DNA of 64,000 nucleotides from Octopus vulgaris (Eukaryota): NCBI GenBank assembly GCA_951406725.2, contig OX597815.1, positions 126,294,001 to 126,358,000 of the forward strand, read 5' to 3'. Shown piece by piece: positions 38,971 to 52,926 of this stretch (position 1 is its first letter; each line of letters starts with the position of its first letter). The notes under the pieces were generated by a model. It saw only the letters and a program-made list of their open reading frames with translations, ran no database searches and was not told where the DNA came from. The position numbers and the translations under genes were made by a program.

Positions 38971-41441
38971 CCTCGGTGGAATTTGGACTCAGAACGGAAA
39001 GACGGACGAAATACCGCAAAGCATTTTGTCTGGCGTGCAAATGATTCTGCCAGCTCACCGCATTGGGTTTGTAATAGTGTGAAACTGTATGCCTTATGCT
39101 TTACAAATAAACAATCTGGGAGCATTTCCTGATGCAATGGAGTTGTTGATGTGGAAAATTGGTAATGATATTAGTGTACTTGTATCTGTTCGCTGAAGTA
39201 TTTCACACATTACTGATAATTTGAGAGAAAATCATATTTCTGTGCGAGATGAAGTGAGGCTGTTTCTATTTATCATTTGGTCATGGAAATAGAGAAAACA
39301 TAGACAGTTTTTAAGTTATCTTAGGAAAGGAGTTTCTGAGATTTGTTTATCGAATTTATTTGGTTTAACCTTCATGCTTTAGTCGTAGATGTTAAACTGT
39401 GATCGGAAGAGTATTCCAGAGGAATATTGTTGCTGGGGGACAGAATAGAGTAATGTAATTTTAATAAAATATTCTTCATTTACTGCATAATGTTATCACC
39501 GGCTTTATCCTTTGGTTTTCGCACAGAGCATGTCCCGAGACAATTTTCTAACTAGCCTTTAAGTATTAAAGAATCTAAGGAAAGATATGCAATGTAGATG
39601 TCAGATGGAGTAAATAAAATAATAATCTCATTATTAGAGACCGTTGTCAGAAAGCCAGCTTCCATTAAGAGAATGCTGTGTTGTAACAATAAAGGAGATG
39701 TAAAGAAAATTCTGTGGAAAATAATTTCAACATGTATTCTGTATCATAACAAGAGCTGTATGGGGTTTATTATAGTCTACGGTTGAGTTTATATTTTATT
39801 GAGTCAGTTGATTGATTTATATTCTGCATCAAACTGTATGTTAAGGATGAAACAGTTTGAATTATTACGACAAGCAATTTGAAATACATTAACTTTATAG
39901 CCTAAACAATAATTATATAGTCGATTGCATTGACCAGTTATTCAAAGTCAGTCCAATGTAATTCAACATTCAACCATTTCATTAATCCTAAAAGAACCAA
40001 TAACTGTCAACTGTCTTCAAGAGAATCGTGAATATAAAAGCAAACACAAATTTGCCTATGAGTATATTGTATGTATTTGTTCGCTGTGTGATTAAAACAT
40101 CCGTGGCATCTTAAGCAAATCATCCCACAACAACTGCTAACCCTTAAAAAATTCAGGCGAAACCCACAATTAAGTACTTCTCCCACATTTGGTATAATGT
40201 CGCTGCTATACAGGCTTACAGCTTAAACAACAACCAAATAAAGCAACCCACTTAACTGGCGCATACTGATCGCTGTGCCACAAGTGTGATATTTCCTCTT
40301 TCTACCTTTTCTATATCTACTAGAAGCTTTATGGAGGTGAATGACATCATGCCACTTTCTTTCAGACGGTCCTAATTATTTCGCCCCTCCTCTCATTCGC
40401 CACATTGTGTTTACACTTCAGGCTCTAGCTACTACACCCAGTCCTTCATTCTCTTCCTATAATTTTCTTCTGTGCTCATGGTATTCTTCCTACAACCGTT
40501 GACAACAGTTTAAGTAGAACGTTAACAACCTTCTGGTTGATCTTGGAAGAGCCTATGCAACAGTGTCATTTTTCATAGATTTCGAAGTTAACTTGGGTCG
40601 ACATGAACTGAGTGAAAGACCATCAGACGAACTGTACTTGCATTCGAGTGGTATACTTAATCTCAAAGCAATATTGACACGACCGCCCACTCTTTGGGTG
40701 TTTTTTAATGAAGTTTATTATGTTGAATTGACGGAATCTATAAAAAGTCAGATATCTTGCAGTTTCGTTTTGATTCATTCAATTCTGAGTTCAAATTAAG
40801 TTGAAGGAAACATTACCGTTCATCCATCTGGGGCAAATAAATAGAGTAACAACCAAATAATGGATCAAAGTATAATCAATTGTTTCTACTTCTTCAAAAT
40901 TTATATTTGGGCCTATGTTAGTCATTATGTTCCAAGCATTCAGAACGTCTTCGGACAATAAACCTTAATGTACAGCCACACAATAAAACTTGGTTACCTC
41001 CTTCCCTTGTCCTATCAGTTTTGGAGGCTGTACAAAGCCGTCATAAGCAGTGCTTTGCCTTGTTTAAGTAAGTTATAATATGCGCACATGTCTTTCAACT
41101 TTAGTGAAAGAATTGTCAGATACTCTTACTTTCTCACCCCTCCACTCTCTCTCTCTCTCTCTCCCTCTCTCTTCTCTTTATTTCACATTCAAACTTTTAT
41201 GGTATAAAAACAAAATTGTAAACATAAAACAATATGCCAAATAACCGAAAAAAAAATTTCCAGTTTGATATATGAATATGTTTTATGTGTTATAGAAATA
41301 CCGATTTGGTAGGCTTTTTTCAATAAAACATCAATCATTTTACATTCCTATAATTACATTATACTCCATTATACTATATCATACAGATTCCTTTTTATAT
41401 GTACGTACATGCATATATATCTCACTTTTTCTGTTTCTGTT

Positions 41442-41506
<65 letters not shown>

Positions 41507-41580
41507 GCGTATATATATATATATATATATATATAAACAAATACCCCCAAAACACACACACAATCGCACACAATCACACA

Positions 41581-41691
<111 letters not shown>

Positions 41692-42140
41692 CATAAGTAA
41701 ATTTGTGGGTGTACATACTTTATTAATGCATTCGTGTATGCCAATATCTATAAATATCTGTTTATCTCCATGTCCACATCTATATTTGATATGAACAATA
41801 ATTATATAAGATTGATTATTCAAAAGAGGAAATTATTCTTTTTATTTAAATACCAAAATTGGCAGCCCTTAATTCTAAGCAGCTATGGATTTTACTTGAA
41901 GAATCATGCTATATCGAATATTGGTAGGAAATTATTAGTATTCTTTCATTACAGATTCTATATTCGTATTCTATGATGATGAAAGAAAAACTCAACGACA
42001 GCAACATTATTTTTCACGTATTTTATCTATGTCTAGATTATTTTCTAGTAATAACATAAAATACTATTACATGTATATATATGTATATACGTATATGTGT
42101 GTGTGTGTGAGTGTGTGCGAATGTATATATATATATATAT

Positions 42141-42171
<31 letters not shown>

Positions 42172-42408
42172 CAGAGAGAAGGAGAAAGAGAGAGAGTGAG
42201 AGACAGACAGCGAGACAGTCAGACAGATAGATAGATATAGATAGATAGATTTATATATACAAATATACATACATGCATACATACAAACATACACGTATAT
42301 AAGGGTTTAGTGTGTATAAGAATGGACATATATTACGTGTACATGTTTGTATATATACATATACATGTATATATTAAGTATGCATGCATAAATATGCATA
42401 TATGTATA

Positions 42409-42439
<31 letters not shown>

Positions 42440-43234
42440 TGTATGTATGTATGTATGTATGTATGTATGTATGTATGTATGTGTGTGTGTGTGTGTATGT
42501 CTTAATGCGCAATACACATTAAATACATGCTTTATTTTGTACATCATTCTCTTTTTCTCTCCTTGTTCCTTCTTCTGGATATTTCTCTTATCTCATCTCA
42601 TTGTCATCCTTGTTTTGTTATTACTTCAGAGTTTTAGTCGTCGTTCATCAGATTCGCGTGCGTGCCTTTCGTTACTATTGTTCCCAACACACTGGCGTAG
42701 TTGCCTGTAGCCCAATACTCTCTGTTCAGAAACATTATCACGAGCAAAGAAGATCAACCATCGAAACTTAAAGTTTTACAATGGCTTCTTTTAGATTTTT
42801 ATCGTTCGTGACGAGTTAACGATCAGAGTTCTGTCAGAGCTAGCTACGGGCACTAAAATGGAATAAATAAAACATACAGCTAAGCTGTTGCGAACCACGT
42901 AATATTTTTTTAAGATTTCTTTTTAATCCTCACCACTGTTAACATCTCGACCTCTATAAGCACTAGTTCCTGGGGCATCGTTAAAACATCGGTCGCTATA
43001 ACTATTGAATTCTGGAATGTGCAATGATACATTGCACGTCAGTAGGTTAATATTTCTATACTTCATTTTTATCTCCATAACTGAGTTTTATTGAATAAAT
43101 AAACATGATGTACTTGAGAGTTGTTAAGTTAGTGATAAAACATTCACTGCAAAGAGCATTATAAAAACAAACTAGAAATAATTATGCAGTATGATGAGGG
43201 TAGTAATATTTTATACATTTCCTAATTCAGATTT

Positions 43235-43450
43235 GATTTCATATTTTGGCACAAGGCCAGAAATTTTAGGGAAGGAGTAAGTTTATTTCATTGACCCCAG
43301 TGTTCAACTGGTACTTCTTTTATCGACTTCAAAAGGATGAATGGCAGAGTCAACCTCTCTGGAATTTGAACTCCGAACGTAGAGGCGGGCAAAATGACAC
43401 TAAGTATTTTGCCCCGGCGTGCTAACGATTCTGCCAGCTCATCGCCTTTA
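43235..43450 (-). mobile_element. SINE, second family
   Basis: TTTTGGCACAAGGCCAG...ACTGGTACTT...GGAATTTGAACTC...GTGCTAACGATTCTGCCAGCTC. Confidence 0.8.
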
Positions 43451-44241
43451 TTCAGTTACTAATATTAAATATTAAATGTCAACGAATTGACTAATAATTA
43501 AAGAAGGGACATAGAACCAGTATGTGTATTTCTTATTGGCATGATAACCTTCCCGGGGTACTATAAGATGTGTATCAATACACGAGTCCATATCAAGAAA
43601 CTTGTGAAACCAATACAAAAGCAAAATATTAAATTAATTTTTCTTTAAGTACGAAAGAGATCTCGTGTATACATATTGCCATTGATCACATTACGATGCA
43701 TTAGTAGCCGTTTGCTACATTTTCAGTCTGGAATAGTTATTAGCAGACGTATTTGTCTATGTTCAAATATTTATTGTTAGCTTATAATTTATTCATATTA
43801 TTCGAGGTAATTCTTGTCTGTGAAAGTTGTTAACACCCACCTTAAAATACTGTTGCAAGAAATAGAAATCGTTGGTGTAGCAAAGATCTATATAAGGCTG
43901 ATCTTCTGGGAATGAAAGACTCGTGTAGTGTTTCTTGCAGAGATTAAGGTGTGAATACAATATCGCTAACGAGAGAAAGGACGAATGAATCGAAATTCAG
44001 CATGAAATAAAAAGAAATAAAAATGATCGGTAATAACCCCTGTTCTAATAAATACTGTAAATACCTTGACCGTTGAACTGAATTTACGCATAGACTATAA
44101 TAATAATAAAGTTAATGCTTAACATGTACAGTGAATAAAATCCTTAATATTCTTCGGCTATACGCATAAAACCTGAATTTTGACAGACAGACAGACTGAT
44201 AGATAGATAGATAGAGAGATAGATAGATAGATAGATAGATT

Positions 44242-44306
<65 letters not shown>

Positions 44307-45915
44307 GACGTTAGTTTCTTGTTTTCTCGTCCCACTTGTATGAGTCTATTACAAACAGAGGGGCAGAGTGTTTTCTTGTGTTTTTCTCCGTTTGGGGTAG
44401 AAAATGATTTTGCACTTTGTTTTTCCTCAGGCAAAACATAACATCCACTGAAATGACAATAAGGTGAGGTTCCCACAAAGATAAAAGCAACATTCATGCC
44501 AACGTCAAAAATAATTCCGTATATTTTTTTAAATACGCACAACTGAAAAAAAAGAACGCAACAGTTAGATACTTGTTTCTTGACATATTCAAGTCAAAAT
44601 ATTAATAACAGCTTCCCAAAAAAGAAACACAGAATATTGGTCGACTCTTAGGAGAAATAGCAAAATAAGAAATGTTTTACGAGAGATAGTGCTTTTGAGT
44701 TTGAGGAAAACATTCAGGAACTGGCAAGAAGACGGGTAGCCCCTATCTTGCGCAAAATAGAGCATACTTACAAAACCAGTACACTTAGAAGAACCCCCGA
44801 TCGGAATGTGAATGGCTGTGGTTTCATTTCATTTACGGGAGTAGGACATATGGAGGCGTATATCTAGTTTACGAGACCGAGAATGAGATGAGGAGATTAG
44901 CTGAGTTGTCGCATTACTTAGAATGCGAAGGTCACAGCCAGAAACATTGATATAACATTTACTCTTAGATCGTTAACATCTTTGCAACTCAGCAGGAGCA
45001 GGTGGAGTAAGGCTAGACAGAAGTGAAAAACAATCCCTAAAATGAAAAAAAGAACGGGAAGAACAAAATATAAGAAATTAGCCATAAACAAGGATGTATA
45101 AGACATATGAAGAAGAGATCTTTCCCATAGGAGACAAAATATTTACGATACACTAAACAATGAGTTTCTGCTAGAACTAATCGAAGGATTTTAAATGATG
45201 AGGGTTATGTGTTGACTCAGAAGAATGAAATAGGACAAGAATTGAAAAGATCCTCAAATGATAGACTACTTCTGAAAGGATATCGATAGCTTGTTACAAT
45301 ATGGAACTAGCTTACACATGACACGTAGAATGTCATATACATATATAGTTTATAGTAGCCCTGTGGTGGCGCGTGGATTAGTAATTAGAGTTTGTTATAT
45401 CCTAAAAGGAAGAGACCTTATTTCACGTTGCTCCAGTCTACTTAGCTGGCCAAAATGAGTTGCACCTGTACTTCAAATTCTGTGTCACACTGAAGATCCT
45501 TGATAACTACGTTAAGGGTACGCGTGTTTAGTGGAGTGCTCAGCCATTTGCTTGTTAATTTCATGAGTAGACTGTTCCATCGATTCGATGAGCTGAAACA
45601 CCTGTCGTCGTAACTGACGAAGTACCAGTTGATGTAGTAACCCCAGTACCTAACTGGTGTTACAATAAATGCACGTAAGTATGAAAGACATATTTTACCT
45701 TGGTGAGATTTGTATGGAAAAATAAAAGGGCTGTAACTAAAGAGCACAAAAATATGATCCGACGCGTACCAATTTTACCAGCCACCATCCTTTATCTAAA
45801 ACATTGCTGATGGGTTTCTACTGATATTTTAATTTTTTCCTTTCAAATAGGTTTCTCCCTTGTACTTGAAATCATAAACTACCTAAATGTATTGTTTTTG
45901 GATTATATTTTACAG

Positions 45916-45967
45916 ATTATGCAAGACATAAATTGGAGGCATTGGCTCGATATCAAAGCCACCGACG
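45916..45967 (+). CDS. Internal propeptide exon of the ALP/CCWamide-type gene
   Basis: Acceptor ATATTTTACAG and donor CG|GTACGT. The 52 nt enter in phase 1 and leave in phase 2, exactly bridging the 14832 and 48191 exons, and encode (Y)YARHKLEALARYQSHR(R). Confidence 0.65.
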
Positions 45968-46303
45968 GTACGTACTTTTTCACTTAATTCATATAGCTCT
46001 AAAAGTACTTAGATTTGAAAGCTTAAATGTATTACCACAAAGTATATTTTTTAAATAATTTTCTCTCGAGATAGACTATGATTTCTCTGGTCATAAACAG
46101 AGATTTAGCAACTATTTGTTAGAGAACTGGTGAGCTCTCTGAAAGGTAAGCACTTGTTGAAGATGTCACTTAAATAAGATCTTTAGGGAAAGCTTTTGTT
46201 ATATGTCAAAAAAAAGTTTTTATATTTTACGAAAGCATAAAAGAAAAAGAAAATTTATTACAGTACAGTGTTTAGCTTTCGTCCTCTTAGTTCTGAGTTC
46301 ATT

Positions 46304-46435
46304 TACAGGGTGTCGCATAATAAGGGACACAGATTTTATTTGTAAATTACAAGAGTGCGGGTAATGCTTGTCTGGTATTCCATCATTAGTAAACATGCTT
46401 GTTTAAACAATGTCCCATCATTATGAGACAACGTA
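46304..46435. mobile_element. Small Tc1/mariner-type MITE
   Basis: TACAGGGTGTCGCATAATAAGGGACA ... TGTCCCATCATTATGAGACAACGTA imperfect inverted ends. Confidence 0.5.
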
Positions 46436-47189
46436 ACAGGGTCGACCGTAACTTTCATGAAACAGATATCAGTAGTTTGCAGGAACAATTTCTCTATCTC
46501 TCCTGAGTATCACTTTGAATAAAACAAAAATTCGCAGATGCTAGATATAGTAATACCAAATGTTTCATCTGGAAGAATTGTAAATTTAATTTCATTGGAA
46601 TTTATGATTCTAAGATGTTCATATGATAGTTTCTAATCAAACATGATGGGAAATGAGAACTGATTTGAATCCATGGATCTCTTTCTGGTTAATATATGAG
46701 AGAAATAGAATTTTCATCTAGATTGGACGTCGTTTCGTCGCCAATAGAATTACCATATTTGATAGATTTCTCTAAGGTTAGGAAGCAACCGCTTTCTTAT
46801 TGCAAATTATATTTTGCGTATTGCAAATTACTTTTGGATTTTGTTGACTGGAAACAAGCTTTTCAATCTGTATCGAAAAATGAAATATATTTTCCAGCTG
46901 AGCCATACCAGATTAGCGACTGAAGTTAACCTACAATTTCGTGGACGAAATGTGTGTTTGTATCATCTAAGTGTGAGTGTGTGTATATTCGTGGATAATT
47001 TTACATGCTTTCTTATTTGTATATGTGTGTGACTATGTGCGCGTACACACACACATACACACACACACACACGTGTATATATATATATATATATATCAAG
47101 ACGAGTTAGAGAATGTTTATGGAATAGACGTTGTCATGGGGGTGGGGAATCGACAATTATACTTTTTTTTTCCAAGTTAAATAACTTTT

Positions 47190-47845
47190 TTCTTGTAGCA
47201 CAAGGCGAATTATCACATCGACATCAGTACTCAACTCGTATTTAGTTTATCGACTCTGAAGGAATGAAAAGCAAAGTCGAACTCGGTGGAATCTGAACTC
47301 AAAACATAAAGACAGACCAAATGCCGCAAAGCATTTCGTCCGGCGTTTTAATGACTTTTCCAGTTCACCAACTTTACGTTTGATATTCCTATAGGCACAA
47401 GACCTAAAATTTGCGGGGAGGGGGTAAATCGATCATATCGATCCCAGTACTAAACTGGTACTTAATTCATCAACCCCGAAAATATGAAAAGGTAAAGCCG
47501 AGCTCGACGGAATTTGAACTCAGCACGTAAAGTCGGGCGAAAAACCGCTTAGCATTTTGCCCGGCATGCTAAACATTCTGCCAGCTCGCCCCCTAACTTT
47601 ATACTAAATAAAGAAAAGAATAATATACATCATTTCACCAGTAATATCACTTCCAAATTTTGGCACATGGCCAGCAAGAGGAGAGGGATAAGTCGATTAC
47701 ATTGATCTCATTGATTAACTGGTACTTATTATTTTATCGACCCTGAAATGGGGGAAAAGCAAAGTCGACTTCAGTAGAAATTGAATTTAAATGCCGCTAA
47801 GCATTTTCCCCGGCATGCTAACGTTTCTGCCATTTTGCTGCCTTA
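47190..47845 (-). mobile_element. Three consecutive SINE copies (second family) in the last intron
   Basis: Three repeats of GCAC(A/T)...ACTGGTACTT...AAAGTCGA...GCATTT..CCGGC..TCTGCCA. Confidence 0.8.
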
Positions 47846-48190
47846 ATTTCACCGGTAATATCAAAGCATTGAATAGCACAACATTGATAGAGTGTCAGAC
47901 AATTATCTGACATATTTAGCTATGTACCTTTACAATTTGGGGTTAAACCTGGCCGAATTGTCTTTGATCATTCCGGCCTTGAAATAAAATATCCGTCAAA
48001 TGTGATGGACGATTTGGACCCTGCCCTAAATTTTGTGCCTGTGTTAAATGTATTCAAATTTTTAATCTCTTCCAAAATCTCTTGTTAGCTTATTTATAGT
48101 GTGTGCATAAGCGCGCGTGCGTGTGTGTGTTGTGTGTGTTAAACCACTGAACAATAATAATCACCAGCATTTCTCTTTTCTTTTCCATAG

Positions 48191-48347
48191 ACGGAAACAA
48201 ACCGAAAGAACGTGCTCCAAATGGCGTGAAACTTGCCAGCCTTGGTCCAACAGCAAAAGCAAATGCTGCGATCCTAGCAGTTTAGTATGCAAGTGCAACC
48301 TTTGGATGCAGAATTGCAGATGTGTGAACAAACTTTGGGGTGGATAA
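48191..48347 (+). CDS. Terminal coding exon: 8-cysteine knottin, agatoxin-like peptide (ALP)/CCWamide family
   Basis: Polypyrimidine acceptor TTTCTCTTTTCTTTTCCATAG. Encodes RKQTERTCSKWRETCQPWSNSKSKCCDPSSLVCKCNLWMQNCRCVNKLWGG*, with framework C-x6-C-x9-CC-x6-CxC-x6-CxC, the ALP-like CxCNLWxxNCRC motif and a C-terminal W-G. Confidence 0.9.
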
Positions 48348-48635
48348 AATATTCATTTACCGAACAGTTCGACATGAAGAGCTAAATATACCGGAAGAAA
48401 TATAGTAGTAATCTTGCAAATCTATTTTAGTAAAGTAGTATCTCAGCTACTAATTTTCTTCAAAATGATCTCCGAATTATTTCACTTAATTTTAAATAAA
48501 ATAATCAATATATTTAAAAACAAACATCAATCTAAACCTTACCGGATGGGAAAAACTTACGAAGAAGAGATAGAATAATATTTTTCGCATTGTAAACATA
48601 CATTTGTTAGAAAGATCCTTTGTTGTTTGAAATGC

Positions 48636-48641
48636 AATAAA
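48636..48641 (+). terminator. Candidate polyadenylation signal of the knottin gene
   Basis: AATAAA about 290 nt after the stop, with a GT/T-rich tract at about 48692-48725. A second AATAAA lies near 48495. Confidence 0.5.
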
Positions 48642-48917
48642 ATGCCTCAAAATATCTTCTGAATGCTATTTTATATGAGTAAAGAAACAAATTCTTGTGT
48701 TTTATTAATCATTATTTGTTTGTTATATATGATGTTTAGCTAACACCGCAACTTTAGGAGGTAAACTTTCGCTGCATCAGTTCATTAAGCTAGAACTGAT
48801 TTCACTTTAGATATATTCTACCGAAAGTGTTTTTAAAACTCAGTCTGAGACTCATACAACAACATTCTTCATATAGATAAGCCTGAGACCATCTTTCCAT
48901 GATATAAGTGTATGTAT

Positions 48918-48957
<40 letters not shown>

Positions 48958-49181
48958 GGTATTTTCAAATATGGTATTTTCAGCAAAAATGGAGTCGATT
49001 ATCAACATTCCCAAGTGGATCACTTGAAAATTGTAGAGATCCCATTGCATGAAACGATTGGTTACTTTGCTAATCCTCAAATAAAGAATGCGGGGTTGAG
49101 CACTCATTATCACTGTTCGACACATACATTCCAGAAGTACAATACATACGAATCTGCACTATAAATACATACATAAATACT

Positions 49182-49243
<62 letters not shown>

Positions 49244-49249
49244 AAGGCT

Positions 49250-49440
49250 TTAAGGGTATCGCGAAAGGCCTGGTTAAGAGCCCAGTTTTCAGAGTTCTTT
49301 TACAGGATTTAGAAAAACTGAAAGACCGCTGCAATAAGTGTGTGAATCTGAAAGGGGAATATGTTGAATAAAATCATAATTAACTGATTCTCCTGTATTT
49401 TCTTTTACCCAAAGTTAGAAACTTTTCAGTAAATTTGGTT
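49250..49440 (+). mobile_element. mariner 3' remnant
   Basis: ...LKDRCNKCVNLKGEYVE* resembles the mariner transposase C-terminus. Confidence 0.5.
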
Positions 49441-50154
49441 GAGATAATTATCTTGTTAACTGAGTTATGTCTGATCTCGCACGAGACTGAGACACCTTAG
49501 AAAGACACAATATTACAAACAACATTTATTAAGGTAAATAAATTATAAACGCATGATAAAATTTAACACAATTTTATATATACGGTCATAATGGCAAAGT
49601 TATGACTGTAAAGTTATAGGAAATAAGTAAAAAATGTATTTTAGTTAAAATTTCGTTGCCTTTGTCTTCCATCAATTCAGAGTTGATAAACTAAATACCA
49701 TTCAAGATGATGTAATACACAAGTAAATAATGACATATCTCTATACGCTATTGTATTGAAGTAAAATGAATATATGTCCATATACATGCCAATTTAATTG
49801 TTGCACTTTAATACGAAGACATTGAAACCTAATATAGAATGCTCGTTTGGTTATGTTCGGAATTCCCTGCCATTGAAATAGGTTTTAGTAATCAAATCAG
49901 AAAGATGAAAATGTCATACATACATCCTTAAGGCCTAGCCACTACATGTATAAATGTTCCTCACTCATAGAAATCGGAAAAGTTAATTCTATGTTGATGG
50001 AAATCTCTGATCCCGAAACAGTCAATAACTTAATCCTATTTATGTTCCTCGTACAAATGTTAAGTGGGTGTTATTTGTCCTTTATAGAGGACTTTTATTG
50101 TTCAGTAATTATAATCATTGCTCGGATTATACGCAAATTATTATTACTATTATT

Positions 50155-50725
50155 GAGTGAGAGAGCAGTGCATGCCATCAAGGTGACAATGGTGTAAAAT
50201 ATACGAAGTCCAGAATACCCATCAATACTACCCGTCTGATAAGGGTACACTAGGCACATGCATCACAACCGTATGTTCGCGACATGGTGATCTCATATCA
50301 AGATAAACAGCACGACCTTGCAGGTGGGGCCCCACTTATGATTTTCTTCTGGTTGAGTAACCCGTTCCGCTCAAAAGGTCCCTGAATAAGGGTTGTTTAA
50401 GGATGTTGAACGAAGCACCCATGTTTCCAGAGGTGAATTATTCAAACTCCAAAGAATCCCTCTCAACACATGGCTCTGATGCTCCCCCTCTACTTCTGCT
50501 CGTGATCAGAGATGCACAGATCGTAAGCCACTTAAGGACATGCTCAACTGGCTACGGTCAAACAACTCACAAGCAAATCTGTGGTATTTAGCAGAATATT
50601 TGCTGTAGCCCATCTTTTATATCAAGACATAACAATGTACATGATAACACTTCCAATCAGTTAAGATCAGAAGCCATGAGAGCCACTGCCTGGTACTGCA
50701 TCAGGGCATAGCCACTGCCTGGTAC
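50155..50725. repeat. Unclassified interspersed repeat between (ATT)n tracts
   Basis: Higher-complexity block bounded by ATT repeats, with a terminal duplication AGCCACTGCCTGGTACT x2. Confidence 0.45.
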
Positions 50726-50751
50726 TACATCATGGCATTTATTATTATTAA

Positions 50752-50820
<69 letters not shown>

Positions 50821-50837
50821 TATTATCATTATTATAA

Positions 50838-50924
<87 letters not shown>

Positions 50925-50989
50925 CTACTACTACTACTACTAGCAGCAGCAGCAGCAGCAACAGCAGTAGCAGCAGCAGCGGCAGCAGT

Positions 50990-51588
50990 AGTTGCTCCTG
51001 GGATTTTGCATGCGTAGCGAGCTTACTATCTGCAGTCTACGACATGTTATTCGTTCTTTTCAATTATCTAATACTTTCTTGATTATTCTGGCCGTGCCAA
51101 CGAGGCAAAACTTTTGTAACAGTTCTACTGGGCACTCTATTTAAATTTCCTTTATATTCCTCTTGATGCCTTTTGATACTGTTCCCAAGGATCCAGGAAT
51201 AATTGGCACTATCTTCACCTTCTTCATTTTCCATAGCCGAGCTATTCTGTACTTCAGCAGGTTCTATCTATTTATCAATTCGTCTTCCTTGTTGACTATT
51301 CATGTGTCAAAGCGGCATGCAACATGAACTATATAGCATATGTGGTGCACCTTGTCCACCACCACTAGGTTCGGTCTGTTATGCTCAAGCTCCTAGTCTG
51401 TTTGGATTGGGAAATCCCAAAGAATTTTGCTAGTCTCCGGCTCTCTGCGGTCTGTGCTCATACCACGTCTTGCCTCTCTCCAGCCTCCACTTTTCGCAGG
51501 CTTTTGCTTTGTATATGTACAAGTTGACTCCAAGTCTGACTCAGAGACCTCAAGAGACAACAAGTTAGAAGTTCAAGCTGGATACCAG

Positions 51589-51590
<2 letters not shown>
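50990..51590 (-). mobile_element. 5'-truncated R4/Dong-like (RLE-type) non-LTR retrotransposon
   Basis: The minus strand reads WYEHRP...KILWDFPIQTD*ELEHNRPNLVVVDK...CYIVHVACRFD...LWKMKKVKIVPIIPGSLG...LQKFCLVGTARIIKKVLDN*, a restriction-like endonuclease domain. It is flanked by TAA-type microsatellites. Confidence 0.8.
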
Positions 51591-51639
<49 letters not shown>

Positions 51640-51679
51640 GTTATTATTGTTATTATTATTATTATTATTATTGTTATTA

Positions 51680-51722
<43 letters not shown>

Positions 51723-51740
51723 TACTACTACTACTACTAC

Positions 51741-51790
<50 letters not shown>

Positions 51791-52144
51791 GAAACCTCAC
51801 ACCTAATTTTACTGAGCCTGATGGAAAATGTCAGCTGTCCACAGTCAATTCTGTATACTCAAACTGAATTTTTACATGTTTCCGTCCCTCTTTCAACACC
51901 TATCCCTTTATCATGGACACAAGTACAAGTTAAGCAGTACGCTGGATAGGAGCTTTGTCGCTTGTGTTATTGCTGTAAACGCTTCCAAAGTATTGACAAA
52001 ATGTATGGCATGGAAGATTACTTTGCAAACTGGCAAGTTATAGCATATCTGTAGAGCCTTTTCCGTTATCAAACCATTCCCAACGGAAAGAAATCTAAAA
52101 GATTTTGTGAACAGTAATTCCTCTAATATTTATGAAATCAACAG

Positions 52145-52316
52145 AGGAGAGGTTGTGTGGTAAGTAGCTTGCTTACGAACCACATAGTTCCGGGTTCAGT
52201 CCCACTGCGTGGTACCTTGGGCAAGTGTCTTCTACTATAGCCTCGGGCCGACCGAAGCCTTGTGAGTGGATTTGGTAGACGGAAACTGAAAGAAGCCTGT
52301 CGTATATATGTATATG

Positions 52317-52364
<48 letters not shown>

Positions 52365-52565
52365 TGTGTCTGTGTTTCTCCCCTAAACATCGCTTGATAA
52401 TCGATGCTGGTGTGTTTACGTTCCCGTAACCTAGCGGTTCAGCAAAAGAGACTGATAGAATAAGTACTAGGCTTACAAAGAATAAGTCCTGGGGTCGATT
52501 TGCTCGACAAAAGGCAGTGCTCCAACATGGCCACAGTCAAATGACTGAAACAAGTAAAAGAGAAA
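52145..52565 (+). mobile_element. Full-length tRNA-derived SINE with an internal (TA)/(TG) microsatellite
   Basis: Head GTGTGGTAAGTAGCTTGCTTAC...CCGGGTTCAGTCCC, core CCTTGGGCAAGTGTCTTCTACTATAGCC, tail CAAATGACTGAAACAAGTAAAAG. Confidence 0.9.
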
Positions 52566-52711
52566 GAGAAACTAATTCTCCACAAACTATCTTTATTGTA
52601 GAAAACATTTCAACAAGATCTAATGCCCATACAAACATCTTCAGTGATATTTGATGAGCCAATGATTTTTTGGTCGATCGTTTCACATTGCACTCGTCAT
52701 GCTTCATGAAA

Positions 52712-52854
<143 letters not shown>

Positions 52855-52861
52855 TATTATT

Positions 52862-52926
<65 letters not shown>

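Noticed and set aside
41955-42017. Possible extra phase 1-1 exon (YSIFVFYDDERKTQRQQHYFS)
   Set aside because: The donor (AC|GTATTT) is weak and there is no supporting similarity.
44560-45290. Purine-rich block resembling a decayed LINE
   Set aside because: I could not read any diagnostic motif, so it is left unclassified.
48117-48190. N-terminal part of the 76-aa ORF 48117-48347
   Set aside because: It is intronic (TG repeat and polypyrimidine tract). The real exon starts at 48191.
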